The notes under the pieces are model-generated. The model worked only from the letters and a program-made list of their open reading frames with translations, was not told the DNA's origin and did not search any database. Shown in pieces: positions 29,729 through 39,228 of a stretch of DNA of 42,712 nt. A program made the position numbers and the translations under genes. This DNA comes from Deinococcales bacterium. Its GTDB lineage: Bacteria > Deinococcota > Deinococci > Deinococcales > JAAFIG01. The stretch is from positions 1-42,712 of the forward strand of contig JAYWGM010000013.1 in NCBI GenBank assembly GCA_043778225.1. Reading direction: 5' to 3'. Position 1 is the stretch's first letter, and each line of letters starts with the position of its first letter.

Positions 29729-29848
29729 TGGTTCTATTTTTACTTTTCATCTGGGATTTATGCAATGCGCCAAAAAGCGTATTACTCCAGATATAACGTG
29801 TTGTTTTGAAAACAATTTTCTAACCCAAAGGCAAAGCATAATAAAAGC

Positions 29849-30808
29849 ATGAAAGCCATTCGTGTTCACGCCACCAACCAGATGCAACTCGAGGAAATCC
29901 CAACCCCAGAACCAAGTGCGCTCGAGGTGCGGGTCAAGCTCGAGTACGCTGGCTTAAACTTTATTGATATTTACCAACGCAGTGGGGTTTATAACGTTCC
30001 AATGCCATTTACGCTGGGCATGGAAGGGGCTGGGGTGGTGGATGCACTTGGCAGCGGTGTCACCGATTTTGAAGTTGGGCAGCCTGTGGCGTACACCATG
30101 ACCCGTGGCAGTTATGCCGAGTATGCGGTTGTGCCAGCCCAGAATCTGGTCGAAATTCCGCGTAAAATCTCGAGTCAACAGGCGGCGGCTATCATGTTAC
30201 AAGGCATGACGGCGCATTATTTAGCCTTGAGCACCTATAAACTCGAGGCGGGCGATACAGCGCTGGTTCATGCGGCGGCAGGTGGCGTTGGGCAGTTGTT
30301 GGTGCAAATTGCCAAGCGCTTTGGGGCAAAAGTAATCGCCACCGTTGGCAGCCTCGAGAAAGCCGAATTGGTGCGGGCGCTGGGCGCAGACCACGTGATT
30401 ATCTATACCCAAACCGATTTTGAAAGCGAAGTTAAAAAACTTGCCCCCGATGGTCTTGAGGTGGTTTACGACAGCGTTGGTAAAGATACGTTCACCAAGG
30501 GGCTAAACTTATTAAAACCACGCGGCATGATGGTTTTGTACGGTGGCTCGAGTGGGCAAGTCGAACCTCTGGATTTACAAGTGCTGAGTGCTAAGGGAAG
30601 TCTATTTGTGACCCGTCCGACCCTTGGGCAGTACATCGCCGACCGCGACGAACTCGAGTGGCGGGCTGGTGAATTGTTTGATTGGCTCGCCAATGGGCAG
30701 CTAAAACTCGAGATTGACCGTGTGTTCCCGTTGTCCGAGGTATCGGATGCTCACGCCTACATCGAAGCCCGAAAAACCAAAGGCAAGGTTCTGCTCGAGA
30801 TACAATGA
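29849..30808 (+). CDS. qor: NADPH:quinone oxidoreductase (zeta-crystallin/MDR family)
   Basis: [58 protein letters not shown]. Confidence 0.93.
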   Translation: MKAIRVHATNQMQLEEIPTPEPSALEVRVKLEYAGLNFIDIYQRSGVYNVPMPFTLGMEGAGVVDALGSGVTDFEVGQPVAYTMTRGSYAEYAVVPAQNLVEIPRKISSQQAAAIMLQGMTAHYLALSTYKLEAGDTALVHAAAGGVGQLLVQIAKRFGAKVIATVGSLEKAELVRALGADHVIIYTQTDFESEVKKLAPDGLEVVYDSVGKDTFTKGLNLLKPRGMMVLYGGSSGQVEPLDLQVLSAKGSLFVTRPTLGQYIADRDELEWRAGELFDWLANGQLKLEIDRVFPLSEVSDAHAYIEARKTKGKVLLEIQ

Positions 30809-31923
30809 ATAAAATTGCGCTGTTAGGGGTCTTTTGTGCAGCCTTTGGCGCTTTTTTGCCATTCTTAACGCTGAAAGCCAACCGCTTGTTGGCGGGAACA
30901 GCGCTGGGCTTTTCTGCTTTTGGGTTTGTGTATTTGCTTGGGCTGGGTATCATTCTTTTGACACTGCCCTTAGCGTGGTTCAAAATAAAATCTCGAGCTG
31001 TATTTTTAGTTCTGCTGGGCAATTTTGGTCTACTGGCTTTATTTACTGGGCTGAGTTTATTGAGTCAGGATTTAGGCGTAAACCCAATCTCGAGGGTTTC
31101 GCCAGCTTCGGGGTTTTGGCTTTGGCTCTTGGCGGCATGGCTTGTAGCCTATGCTGGGGCGCTCGAGCTTCGCCAAACTTGGTTAGCTGGGCTGGGCTTA
31201 CTGGCTGGAGCGGGGTTTTTGGTCTTTGGGGCGTTTGATTCGCTCAGTCTATTGCGCGAATACAGCGCCAACCAAAACGAATTCTGGACAGAAGTGCTGC
31301 GCCATTTAGCATTGGCGTTTTGGGCTTGGGTTCTCTCGAGTCTGCTTGGTCTGATGCTTGGGGTCTATGCAGCTTCTCGAGCTTGGGCTTCGGGCTTTAT
31401 TTTAGGAATTGCCAACGGGCTACAAACCATCCCGAGCATTGCTTTATTTGCCTTATTGATTCCATTTTTTAGTGCTTTATCTCAAGCCATTCCGTGGCTC
31501 GAGACTTTGGGGATTCGTGGTATCGGCTTTGCGCCAGCTTTAACCACTTTAACGCTCTATGGTCTATTACCGGTGCTGCGTGGCACGATTCTGAGCCTAC
31601 AAAATGTTGCCGAAGCTCCGCTTGAGGCGGCTCGAGGTTTGGGATTGACCGATAATCAAATTTTTTGGCAAGTGCGCCTGCCGTTGGCAGTGCCACTGCT
31701 GCTCGAGGGTTTACGATTAGCCGCCGTCAGCTTGGTTGGTTTGGCAGCCCTCTCGAGTTTAATTGGCGCAGGTGGACTTGGGGCGTTTATTTTTACAGGG
31801 CTGGGCAATGGCGCAATTGATCGGGTTTTGTTGGGCGCAATTCCGACTTTACTTTTGGCGGTGCTGGTCAATTCAGGTTTGCGTGGACTCGAGTGGGGCA
31901 TAACCCCAAAAGGCTTAAAGTGA
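30805..31923 (+). CDS. Osmoprotectant-type ABC transporter permease (YehY-like)
   Basis: KANRL..G N-terminus, [19 protein letters not shown] loop, IGAGGLG. Confidence 0.88.
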   Translation: MNKIALLGVFCAAFGAFLPFLTLKANRLLAGTALGFSAFGFVYLLGLGIILLTLPLAWFKIKSRAVFLVLLGNFGLLALFTGLSLLSQDLGVNPISRVSPASGFWLWLLAAWLVAYAGALELRQTWLAGLGLLAGAGFLVFGAFDSLSLLREYSANQNEFWTEVLRHLALAFWAWVLSSLLGLMLGVYAASRAWASGFILGIANGLQTIPSIALFALLIPFFSALSQAIPWLETLGIRGIGFAPALTTLTLYGLLPVLRGTILSLQNVAEAPLEAARGLGLTDNQIFWQVRLPLAVPLLLEGLRLAAVSLVGLAALSSLIGAGGLGAFIFTGLGNGAIDRVLLGAIPTLLLAVLVNSGLRGLEWGITPKGLK

Positions 31924-32633
31924 TTCGTTTAGAAGCTGTTTCAAAGCAATACGGGCAGATTCTCGCCGTGGATGACCTCTGGCTCGAGATTCCCAAAGGG
32001 CAATTGTGCGTTTTGATTGGCTCGAGTGGTTGCGGTAAAACCACAACCCTAAAAATGATCAACCGACTAATTGAACCCACCGCCGGAAAAATCTGGATAG
32101 ATGGTATAGACTCGAGTTTGCTTATACCGCACGAATTGCGGCGGCGCATCGGCTATGTCATTCAGAGCGTTGGTTTATTGCCGCATTTAACGGTTGGGCA
32201 GAATGTGGCGGTTGTGCCAAACTTATTGGGCTGGGAAAAATCTCGGGTGGCGGCTCGAGTTGCCGAGTTGCTGGAGTTGGTGGGTTTGAGCAACTTGGAG
32301 CATTCTTTTCCTAAATCCTTATCGGGTGGTCAAGCCCAACGGGTTGGGGTGGCTCGAGCCTTGGCTGCCGACCCGCCGATGCTTTTGATGGACGAACCCT
32401 TTGGGGCAGTTGACCCACTGACACGGCGGCATTTACAAAGCGAGTTTTTAGCCCTACAGCGCCAATTGCAAAAAACGGTGGTTTTAGTGACCCACGATAT
32501 GAACGAAAGCCTGAAACTGGCTGACCGAATTGTTTTACTTAAAAACGGAAAAATCGAGCAGGATGGCAAACCCAAAGATTTTCTCGAGTCGCCAGCCACG
32601 GATTTTGTGCGCGATTTTATGGATACGGCATGA
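31920..32633 (+). CDS. Osmoprotectant-type ABC transporter ATP-binding subunit (YehX/OpuA-like)
   Basis: GSSGCGKTT, LSGGQ, LLMDEPFGAVD, VTHD; GTG start overlaps the upstream stop. Confidence 0.93.
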   Translation: MIRLEAVSKQYGQILAVDDLWLEIPKGQLCVLIGSSGCGKTTTLKMINRLIEPTAGKIWIDGIDSSLLIPHELRRRIGYVIQSVGLLPHLTVGQNVAVVPNLLGWEKSRVAARVAELLELVGLSNLEHSFPKSLSGGQAQRVGVARALAADPPMLLMDEPFGAVDPLTRRHLQSEFLALQRQLQKTVVLVTHDMNESLKLADRIVLLKNGKIEQDGKPKDFLESPATDFVRDFMDTA

Positions 32634-33328
32634 ATCGGGTTTGGCTTGTACTTTCTGGTCTGGGCTTATTGGCATTGTTTGCGGCACAACCACTTTGGGA
32701 GCTTGGCTTACGGGCATTGTATCCACTCGAGCAAAAAGTGCTGCATGAAATACCTTTGCTGACTTTGGTCTTGGTGCATTTGGGATTACTTTTAAGTTCA
32801 AGTCTGGTCAGTCTATTTTTTGGCGTGGCTTTAGGGGGCTTGGTGACTCGAGCCAGTTGGCGCGAATTCTTGCCTTTGGTTTTGGGTCTCTCGAGTTTGG
32901 CACAGGTTTTTCCGCCCGTAGCAGTGCTGGCGCTGGCTTATCCGACTTTGGGCTTTGGTTTTGCCCCAACCCTTTTGGCGTTGGCGCTGTACGGCTTACT
33001 GCCAATTATTTCTGGCACAATTTCAGGGCTAGAAAATGTTGAAAGCGATGTTCTCGAGGCAGCCAAAGGGCTAGGAATGTCCGAAAGTCAACTGTTTTGG
33101 CGCGTGGCACTGCCTTTAGCCCGCCCAAGTATTGTGGGTGGCATCCGTACCAGTGTGGTCATCAATGTTGGCACAGCCGCCATTGGGGCAGCCATCGGGG
33201 CGGATGGCTTAGGGCTGGCGATTTTTGCTGGACTCGAGCGTCAGAACTTTGCTTTGGTCTTAGAAGGGGCAATCCCAGTCATGCTGTTGGCTTTGTGGCT
33301 CGATGGTCTTTTGGCTCGAGTCTCGTGA
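32630..33328 (+). CDS. Osmoprotectant-type ABC transporter permease (YehW-like)
   Basis: QVFPPVAVLALA.P.LGFG, EAAKGLGM, GIRTSVVINVGTA. Confidence 0.9.
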   Translation: MNRVWLVLSGLGLLALFAAQPLWELGLRALYPLEQKVLHEIPLLTLVLVHLGLLLSSSLVSLFFGVALGGLVTRASWREFLPLVLGLSSLAQVFPPVAVLALAYPTLGFGFAPTLLALALYGLLPIISGTISGLENVESDVLEAAKGLGMSESQLFWRVALPLARPSIVGGIRTSVVINVGTAAIGAAIGADGLGLAIFAGLERQNFALVLEGAIPVMLLALWLDGLLARVS

Positions 33329-33339
33329 CCATCATTCAA

Positions 33340-33384
33340 AGCGTCACACGAGGTCATCTGGTCGTGTGACGGTCGTGTGACGCT
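33340..33384. repeat. Combined inverted and direct repeat
   Basis: AGCGTCACACGA (33340-33351) is inverted against TCGTGTGACGCT (33373-33384); GGTCGTGTGAC occurs in tandem at 33360 and 33371. Confidence 0.85.
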
Positions 33385-33444
33385 GCTGGTTTAGAGTATT
33401 GGCAAGACCAAGCACTTTAGCCCTCTCGCCATAGGAAGTGAACC

Positions 33445-33789
33445 ATGATGATGCCAGCCTTTGAAGAAAGAGAAAGTTTTTTTGGAAGCCTCGAGCAAGA
33501 TGAAGCTCTGGATTTACGTGGCGCAGATTTGGATTTCTTTGGGCGTAACTTTATTGCTCTCGAGGGGCGCTTATGGGCATTTAACCAAGAGACTGGCGAA
33601 GCCCGTGGCTTGGTTGTGGTCGAAGCCAGTGGTCGCCCAAGTATGGTTTCGTCCGAAGTGCATTTGCGCTTACGCAGCAAAAGTTTTACCCTGTCCACCA
33701 TTTTGGTGCGCGATGGCGACCGCCCGGGCGAATTGGTGATTCGTTTCTTTGCCCACAGCCGCACCAACTCCGATTTACCACAAGCCTAG
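33445..33789 (+). CDS. Hypothetical protein
   Basis: 114 aa beta-rich ORF followed by a terminator. Confidence 0.7.
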   Translation: MMMPAFEERESFFGSLEQDEALDLRGADLDFFGRNFIALEGRLWAFNQETGEARGLVVVEASGRPSMVSSEVHLRLRSKSFTLSTILVRDGDRPGELVIRFFAHSRTNSDLPQA

Positions 33790-33799
33790 CCCTGTCCTC

Positions 33800-33819
33800 A
33801 GCGCGACCTCGCGCTTTTT
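33800..33819 (+). terminator. Rho-independent terminator
   Basis: AGCGCG-ACCT-CGCGCT followed by TTTT. Confidence 0.7.
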
Positions 33820-33825
33820 CTCCCT

Positions 33826-33860
33826 ATAGGAGCGTCGGTCCCTCCCACCCGACGCTCCAC
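33826..33860. repeat. REP-like 10 bp inverted repeat
   Basis: GGAGCGTCGG (33829-33838) / CCGACGCTCC (33849-33858). Confidence 0.6.
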
Positions 33861-33953
33861 CTTTTTTTGGCTCGGAGGGGTAGCTCGAGGTAGGCATCCG
33901 TCAACGCTCGAGGTAGGTCACGTTCCTTCTTGGCTCGAGGTATGCTGTCAGCC

Positions 33954-34373
33954 ATGTCCGAACTCCCAAAAAAATTAAATGATGCCTTAAAAATGCTTGC
34001 CCGCGCACCAAAGAACATCAAAATCGAATTACTGCTCGATTTTGCCAAACGGATGCCAGCCTTGCCCGAAGGTATGAAAGCCAATCTCGAGCAAGTTCAT
34101 GAATGCACCACGCCCTTTTTTGTTCATGCCGAACTCGAGCACCATAAAGTCCACCTGTGGTTTGATGCCCCCGAAGAAGCCCCGACCGTGCGGGCTTTTG
34201 CGGGTTTACTTTCCGATGGCTTAGAGGGCGAAGATGTGGCTACAGTCTTAGCCATACCCGAGGATTTTTACCGCTTGGGTAAACTCGAGGAAATCATCAC
34301 GCCCTTGCGTTTACGGGGCTTACAGGCGGTACTGCGGCGTATTAAACGTCAAGTGACCGAAGCCCAGAGCTAA
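33954..34373 (+). CDS. sufE: SufE family sulfur-acceptor protein
   Basis: LLLDFAK.MP.LP, VHECTTP, FDAP.EAPTVRAFAG, ITPLRLRGL; TATGCT 7 nt before ATG 33954. Confidence 0.9.
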   Translation: MSELPKKLNDALKMLARAPKNIKIELLLDFAKRMPALPEGMKANLEQVHECTTPFFVHAELEHHKVHLWFDAPEEAPTVRAFAGLLSDGLEGEDVATVLAIPEDFYRLGKLEEIITPLRLRGLQAVLRRIKRQVTEAQS

Positions 34374-34374
34374 G

Positions 34375-34406
34375 AAAAGAGCCGCGCAACTGCGCGGCTC
34401 TCTTTT
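34375..34406. terminator. Bidirectional terminator
   Basis: AGAGCCGCGCA/TGCGCGGCTCT stem flanked by A and T tracts, between convergent genes. Confidence 0.88.
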
Positions 34407-34412
34407 GGTTTT

Positions 34413-35219
34413 TTATTTAGCACAAGTTGGGTACGGCACGGGCAAGCCTCGAGTCTGGGTCACAGCAATGCGGCAACCGGGGTAAGTGTAAAAGGTGTTG
34501 ATCATCCGAGATTCGTTGTCGAGTAACCAACGGCGCATCTCTTTTTCGGGGACATTGTTCATCAGCCATGCCTTGGCAATTCGTCCTTCGCCAATCTGTA
34601 AGCTGTTGGCATAGTAACCAAGCGCTCCACTTTTTTGACCATTCATATCGTTTTGTTCAACGGCTCGTAAGTAATCGTAATAATGAAACAAAATCGTGGT
34701 GCGAATCCGCTTGGGGTAGAGCGCAGTTGCATCGGCTAGACGCAAGCCATCCCAGCTTAAAACATTGGTCAAAAACGGTGAACGGGTGTTATCTAAGCCG
34801 ACCAAAAAAGAAAGCGGCGTGCCGAACATTGCAATTTCGGCTTTGCCGTCGTTGTCTAAATCTTCGATTTGGGTAATCCCACTGCCTTGTCCATCCACAA
34901 CCCCCAAATTACGCAGACCGCCCTCGAGTGTAAAAAAGTAATCTGTCCAAGCATTGCCAGCATTTTTGGCACGCAACCACAATTCGCTGTTGCCTTGTCC
35001 AGTCAGTTCGACCAAGTACGCCTCGAAGTCGAGTGCCGAAATCGAGCGTTTGGTCTGACCGTCTTTGACGATCCGAAAAAGGCTATTTCCCTTGATTTTA
35101 CGGTCAGCGTCTACCCTAAGCCCATGGTCGCCCCAAGGGGTGGGAATAAATTGCACCGTGCCGTAAGCCGCCCCAAGCAAGCCAGCAATGAGCGCCAATG
35201 CGAGTAATGTCTTCTTCAT
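34413..35219 (-). CDS. Hypothetical exported protein
   Basis: Signal peptide MKKTLLALALIAGLLGAA; one DLDNDGKAEI (FG-GAP/VCBS-like Ca-binding) motif. Confidence 0.8.
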   Translation of the reverse strand: MKKTLLALALIAGLLGAAYGTVQFIPTPWGDHGLRVDADRKIKGNSLFRIVKDGQTKRSISALDFEAYLVELTGQGNSELWLRAKNAGNAWTDYFFTLEGGLRNLGVVDGQGSGITQIEDLDNDGKAEIAMFGTPLSFLVGLDNTRSPFLTNVLSWDGLRLADATALYPKRIRTTILFHYYDYLRAVEQNDMNGQKSGALGYYANSLQIGEGRIAKAWLMNNVPEKEMRRWLLDNESRMINTFYTYPGCRIAVTQTRGLPVPYPTCAK

Positions 35220-35308
35220 CTGCTCTTATTATGCACATTTTGTGCCTAGAACGTCAAATGCCACAAGCCCTTGCGAGAACCTAAGCCGAATATGTCAGAA
35301 TAGAAAAT

Positions 35309-36043
35309 GTGATTAAAGCCCAGCATCATTCGTTATACACACCATTTTGGCGTTGGTACATCCAAAATAGTCTGCGCCAGCATTTCTCAAGTGTCCGACT
35401 TTATACCCCCCAAAATTGGCTCAAAGCCATGCCAATGCTCTGGCACAGCACCCATGTTTCCTTTTGGGATGGGTATTTGGGACTGCACATGGCAAGCCAC
35501 TTAGGGCTTGAATTCCGCGTGATGATGCTCGAGGACAACCTCAAAAAATTCGATTTCTTGAGGTTTGTTGGTGCATTTGGCATAGACCGTGGCAGTCCTC
35601 GTGGGGCGCTCGAGAGTTTACGCTATGCCGTCACAGAATTACAACAAACGCCACCTCGAGCCATGCTGATGTTTCCAAGTGGCGAAATTGGCAGTCCACA
35701 CCTTCGCCCAATTCCTTTTGAATCGGGTGTGGCAGCCCTTGCCAACCTTTGCGCCAAAGAACAAGATTTGGTAGTCTGTGCCTTAGCCATCCGTCTTGAG
35801 TACCACAGCCAAGAAAAACCAGTTGCCTATTTGCGTTTAAGCCCACCACGCACGGTGCAGGTTGGACAAAAGACCAGCCAACTGAGGGCTTTACTCCAAG
35901 ACGACCTAGAGCGCCAAGCCAATGCACTGCATCAGGATTTACTCGAGTCAAATTTTGATCAATACCAAACCATTTTGCGCGGTAGTTTGAGTGTGCCAGA
36001 ACTCTGGGATAATTTCCGACAAAAAATTGGGCTGAAAGTCTAA
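35309..36043 (+). CDS. Lysophospholipid acyltransferase (PlsC-like) family protein
   Basis: HVSFWD (HxxxxD), GAFGIDR, MFPSGEI blocks. Confidence 0.88.
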   Translation: MIKAQHHSLYTPFWRWYIQNSLRQHFSSVRLYTPQNWLKAMPMLWHSTHVSFWDGYLGLHMASHLGLEFRVMMLEDNLKKFDFLRFVGAFGIDRGSPRGALESLRYAVTELQQTPPRAMLMFPSGEIGSPHLRPIPFESGVAALANLCAKEQDLVVCALAIRLEYHSQEKPVAYLRLSPPRTVQVGQKTSQLRALLQDDLERQANALHQDLLESNFDQYQTILRGSLSVPELWDNFRQKIGLKV

Positions 36044-36066
36044 GGGCTTGATACAGGGAAGTGGCA

Positions 36067-38187
36067 TTAATCTTCTATTTCTAGGGTGCGTCGTAAACTC
36101 GAACGATTAAAAGCCGCGAATTCAAGATTTGGCAACTTTTCAAGGGTCATTTCTATTTCCTTGATGATGGGCGCATCTAACGTCCCACTGCTTGCCACAG
36201 TCCATATTTTGCTACGGGTTAAGGCAACAAAAGCACTATTACGGGCATGAACTTCCCCTTTTTCATAGACTCGAGTTGCTCCAAATTCTAAGCGACAGGC
36301 ATAAACTCGTCGAGCTTCATTACCTTTTGCACGGTAAACATGGGCAATATTTATCGCTCCAACGCCGCGAAGTGGCGCATTGATAATAATGTGAGATTTG
36401 ATACTTTGTTGCGCCAAATCTCGTTTAATTGCTTCAAGATAATCTGGAGTATCGGGCGAAAATAACGCAACGATTAAAATATCATCTGCTTGGAATCCAC
36501 GAGCTAAGTCAGCCTGAATACTTTTAACGATAAAAGCCCGCTCAAGCGCAGAACTGCTGAATCGTTTTACCTCAAGAATTGACGCAATCTGTTCAACCTG
36601 AGACCGCAACTCTTGGTTTGTATCTATCGGATGCAAACTAACTTCATCACTTCGGTGTGCAATCACTCGAGTACCTGTTTTGCGTAAATCCCCTTCAAGA
36701 ATCTCGTAACCGATTGCTCGCCATTCTTCTTGTCGAGTTAAACCTTGAATCGCGCCGCCAATTCTATACAGCCCCATATTGATAGCATGGGCGACCATAA
36801 GGCTATGACGCGGAGTTCGGTAACAACGCCGCATGGTCATACTCTTTGGAGCGCCACCTGAATAAACACCAAACAAATTTACTCGAGGTTCACCATTCTG
36901 GTTACGTCCAAAAACAGTAGCTGCTTCAGGAACACTCAATTGTTCGATTCCCTGAGCTTCATCGTATGCCCAATATAGTCGTTTGGGCTGACGTAACCGA
37001 GCATAAGCGAGGCGATAAAAAACACTAGGGAAGTCTTGCCCTTCATCAATGAAGATGGCATCAAAACGCTCAAGTCGTTCAGCAAATGCTTCACCTATCG
37101 CTTCAGGCATTTGTTTATGGTCTATAAATGTTTCAAGAGATTCACAAACATTGGCAAAATTATTTCCCTGACGGCGATATTGTTGAAAGGTCGCTTGTAA
37201 ATCACGACACATTTGATGGTAGAAACCCTCTTCTTGTATACCACCCCAAGCGTGCATAACCAATAAACGTGTCCAATCAGGTTCGCTATTATCTTCGGTT
37301 AAAAATTGATATTCGAGACGAATTCGTCTAACAATTTCATCACGTAGCGCTCGCGTGAAGAATAAAAATGCAAGCTCAAGTTGCGGTTCGGCAAAATGCA
37401 AACGTGCAGCACGCTTTGCCAAAAGTACGGTTTTGCCACTGCCAGCCAAACCACGCAGTCTTTGTGGACCACTCGGGTTTTGCAATAATCGTATTTGTAT
37501 TTCATCAAATTTCGCCATCTTTTGTTCAAGTAAAGCAATAACTTCGGCTGGAGTAGGATGTGTTGCATTTGCTGCTTTTGTCATGCCTGTTGTACTTGGG
37601 GATTCTGGTATTTTATTAACACCACTGCCTAAAGCAATTTCTATTACATCCAGTTGATGATGACTTAACTCTAGCTGTCTTGAATTAGCAGCACAGCTTT
37701 GACAGTGTGCCAACAAATGATGTGGTTCGAGGTCATCCTTAAACCAAAGTAGCTCTAAGGGTTCAAAACCTGCATCTAACCACTCGCATTTTTGAATAAA
37801 AGGCAAAATAACCCGAGCATGGTATTTCAATAAACCGCGTAAATCACGGTGCTTCTCGAGTCTACCTTTCACTGCATAGGCTTGGTCTTCTACTTGAAAC
37901 ACTGGTTGAATGCTTTGGGCATAAAACCCTTGGCGCATTGTCCAAGTATGCCCATCTATACGAGCAATGTCGCGTATGGTCACACCTTTGACTTCAAGTA
38001 CAAACGCGCCATATTTTGGATGAATCAGCAAAACATCTGGCTCGAGATGTTTTTCAGCGCCTTCACGCCAAATTGGATACCGATAGTAGGCTATTCCCAT
38101 ATCATGAGCAAAAGCACGCTGAAGAGCATCCCAAGCAGCGTGCTGACCTCTGAACTGGTCGTATGGAGCTAGGGGGAAAAATTTCAT
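36067..38187 (-). CDS. NERD-type nuclease domain fused to superfamily 1 helicase
   Basis: EPDVLLIH...LEVKG; GPQRLRGLAGSGKT, IFIDEGQD, WAYDEAQ, CYRTP, VYRAKGNE, FVALTRSK. Confidence 0.9.
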   Translation of the reverse strand: MKFFPLAPYDQFRGQHAAWDALQRAFAHDMGIAYYRYPIWREGAEKHLEPDVLLIHPKYGAFVLEVKGVTIRDIARIDGHTWTMRQGFYAQSIQPVFQVEDQAYAVKGRLEKHRDLRGLLKYHARVILPFIQKCEWLDAGFEPLELLWFKDDLEPHHLLAHCQSCAANSRQLELSHHQLDVIEIALGSGVNKIPESPSTTGMTKAANATHPTPAEVIALLEQKMAKFDEIQIRLLQNPSGPQRLRGLAGSGKTVLLAKRAARLHFAEPQLELAFLFFTRALRDEIVRRIRLEYQFLTEDNSEPDWTRLLVMHAWGGIQEEGFYHQMCRDLQATFQQYRRQGNNFANVCESLETFIDHKQMPEAIGEAFAERLERFDAIFIDEGQDFPSVFYRLAYARLRQPKRLYWAYDEAQGIEQLSVPEAATVFGRNQNGEPRVNLFGVYSGGAPKSMTMRRCYRTPRHSLMVAHAINMGLYRIGGAIQGLTRQEEWRAIGYEILEGDLRKTGTRVIAHRSDEVSLHPIDTNQELRSQVEQIASILEVKRFSSSALERAFIVKSIQADLARGFQADDILIVALFSPDTPDYLEAIKRDLAQQSIKSHIIINAPLRGVGAINIAHVYRAKGNEARRVYACRLEFGATRVYEKGEVHARNSAFVALTRSKIWTVASSGTLDAPIIKEIEMTLEKLPNLEFAAFNRSSLRRTLEIED

Positions 38188-38252
38188 TCAGTATTGTAAC
38201 GGCAAAATAAGTTTCTTTCGTGACTAAACCTACGTCGAAACTCAATAATAAC

Positions 38253-39176
38253 CTAACAATCTGGCAAATCAAAAAACTGTACCAACGCATTTTTGACACC
38301 GCGTGCAACGGCTGCCCGAAATGTTTCTTGCCTCAACGCCCTGCCATCTATAGCATTGGTATGAAACGCGACCTCGAGAATCACGCTTGGCATTAAAGCA
38401 AAGCCATTTTCGCCGTACTGGTTTGAACCCGTTGTGCTGCCATTGCTCCAAGCCAAATCTGGGCGCTCGAGCCGAATGGCTTTTGGCACAGCCAAGGCTA
38501 AAGTTTTTGCAAGACATTGACTTTTAAGCGGCAATTTGGGGTTGGCAGCCCGTAAAAAACCACGAGTTGCATAAAAAACTTGTGTGCCTCGAGCCAATGG
38601 ATTGCCAGCGTTGCTGTGCAGACTGAGCAGCACATCGGCTTTTTGAAGGTTGGCGTAAAGCGGTCTGGCACGAATATCTTGGGCAGCACGGCAGTCGGAG
38701 CGCAAAGAAAAACCACGCGAATTCCAAATGCCTTTTTCTACCCCAAGCCGTGATAAATGATGCCGTGTAGCCTCGCGCCACAAAGGTTCGCCGCTTGCGC
38801 CAATTTTTTGACTGCTCAGTTCTCGGGTGGATAAAACAGTTGCTCCAGCCGCCTCGAGAACTTGTTTGATACTGCGAGCCAAACGGATATTAGAATCATC
38901 CTCGAGAACAAAAACACTGAATCCATTGGCTTTTGGGCGCTGAAAGCCCCATGTGTTTTTGTCGGTCAAGATAATTCCATGTCCGGGGTTAAGCATAACT
39001 CGCGCCCCACGCAAGGTTTTGGGTAAGCTGCGCGAGGCTGTAAAATTGGGGGTTGATGTACCAGCACAGCCATACTCGAGGGCAGGTTCAAAGATTTTTC
39101 TCGAGAACCACAAACCTGCTACTAACCCCAGCAGAATCAGGAGCAGCACCATCCAACCGGGTTTGACTCGAGACAT
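38253..39176 (-). CDS. N-acetylmuramoyl-L-alanine amidase (Amidase_3), membrane-anchored
   Basis: VMLNPGHG, E..SN, ADVLLSLHSNA, PSVILEVAFHTN; N-terminal TM helix from ATG 39176. Confidence 0.9.
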   Translation of the reverse strand: MSRVKPGWMVLLLILLGLVAGLWFSRKIFEPALEYGCAGTSTPNFTASRSLPKTLRGARVMLNPGHGIILTDKNTWGFQRPKANGFSVFVLEDDSNIRLARSIKQVLEAAGATVLSTRELSSQKIGASGEPLWREATRHHLSRLGVEKGIWNSRGFSLRSDCRAAQDIRARPLYANLQKADVLLSLHSNAGNPLARGTQVFYATRGFLRAANPKLPLKSQCLAKTLALAVPKAIRLERPDLAWSNGSTTGSNQYGENGFALMPSVILEVAFHTNAIDGRALRQETFRAAVARGVKNALVQFFDLPDC

Positions 39177-39228
39177 TGGCTTTAATTCTGACAAGCCAAA
39201 AATGAGTAGTGTGGTGTACCCTGTTGAT

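Noticed and set aside
29637..29852. 71 aa plus-strand ORF
   Set aside because: It is antisense to the structured leader, spans the qor promoter and lacks start signals.
38953..39228. N-terminal extension of ORF 38953..39633
   Set aside because: It is antisense to the amidase gene; ATG 39229 has a -10 box 6 nt upstream.
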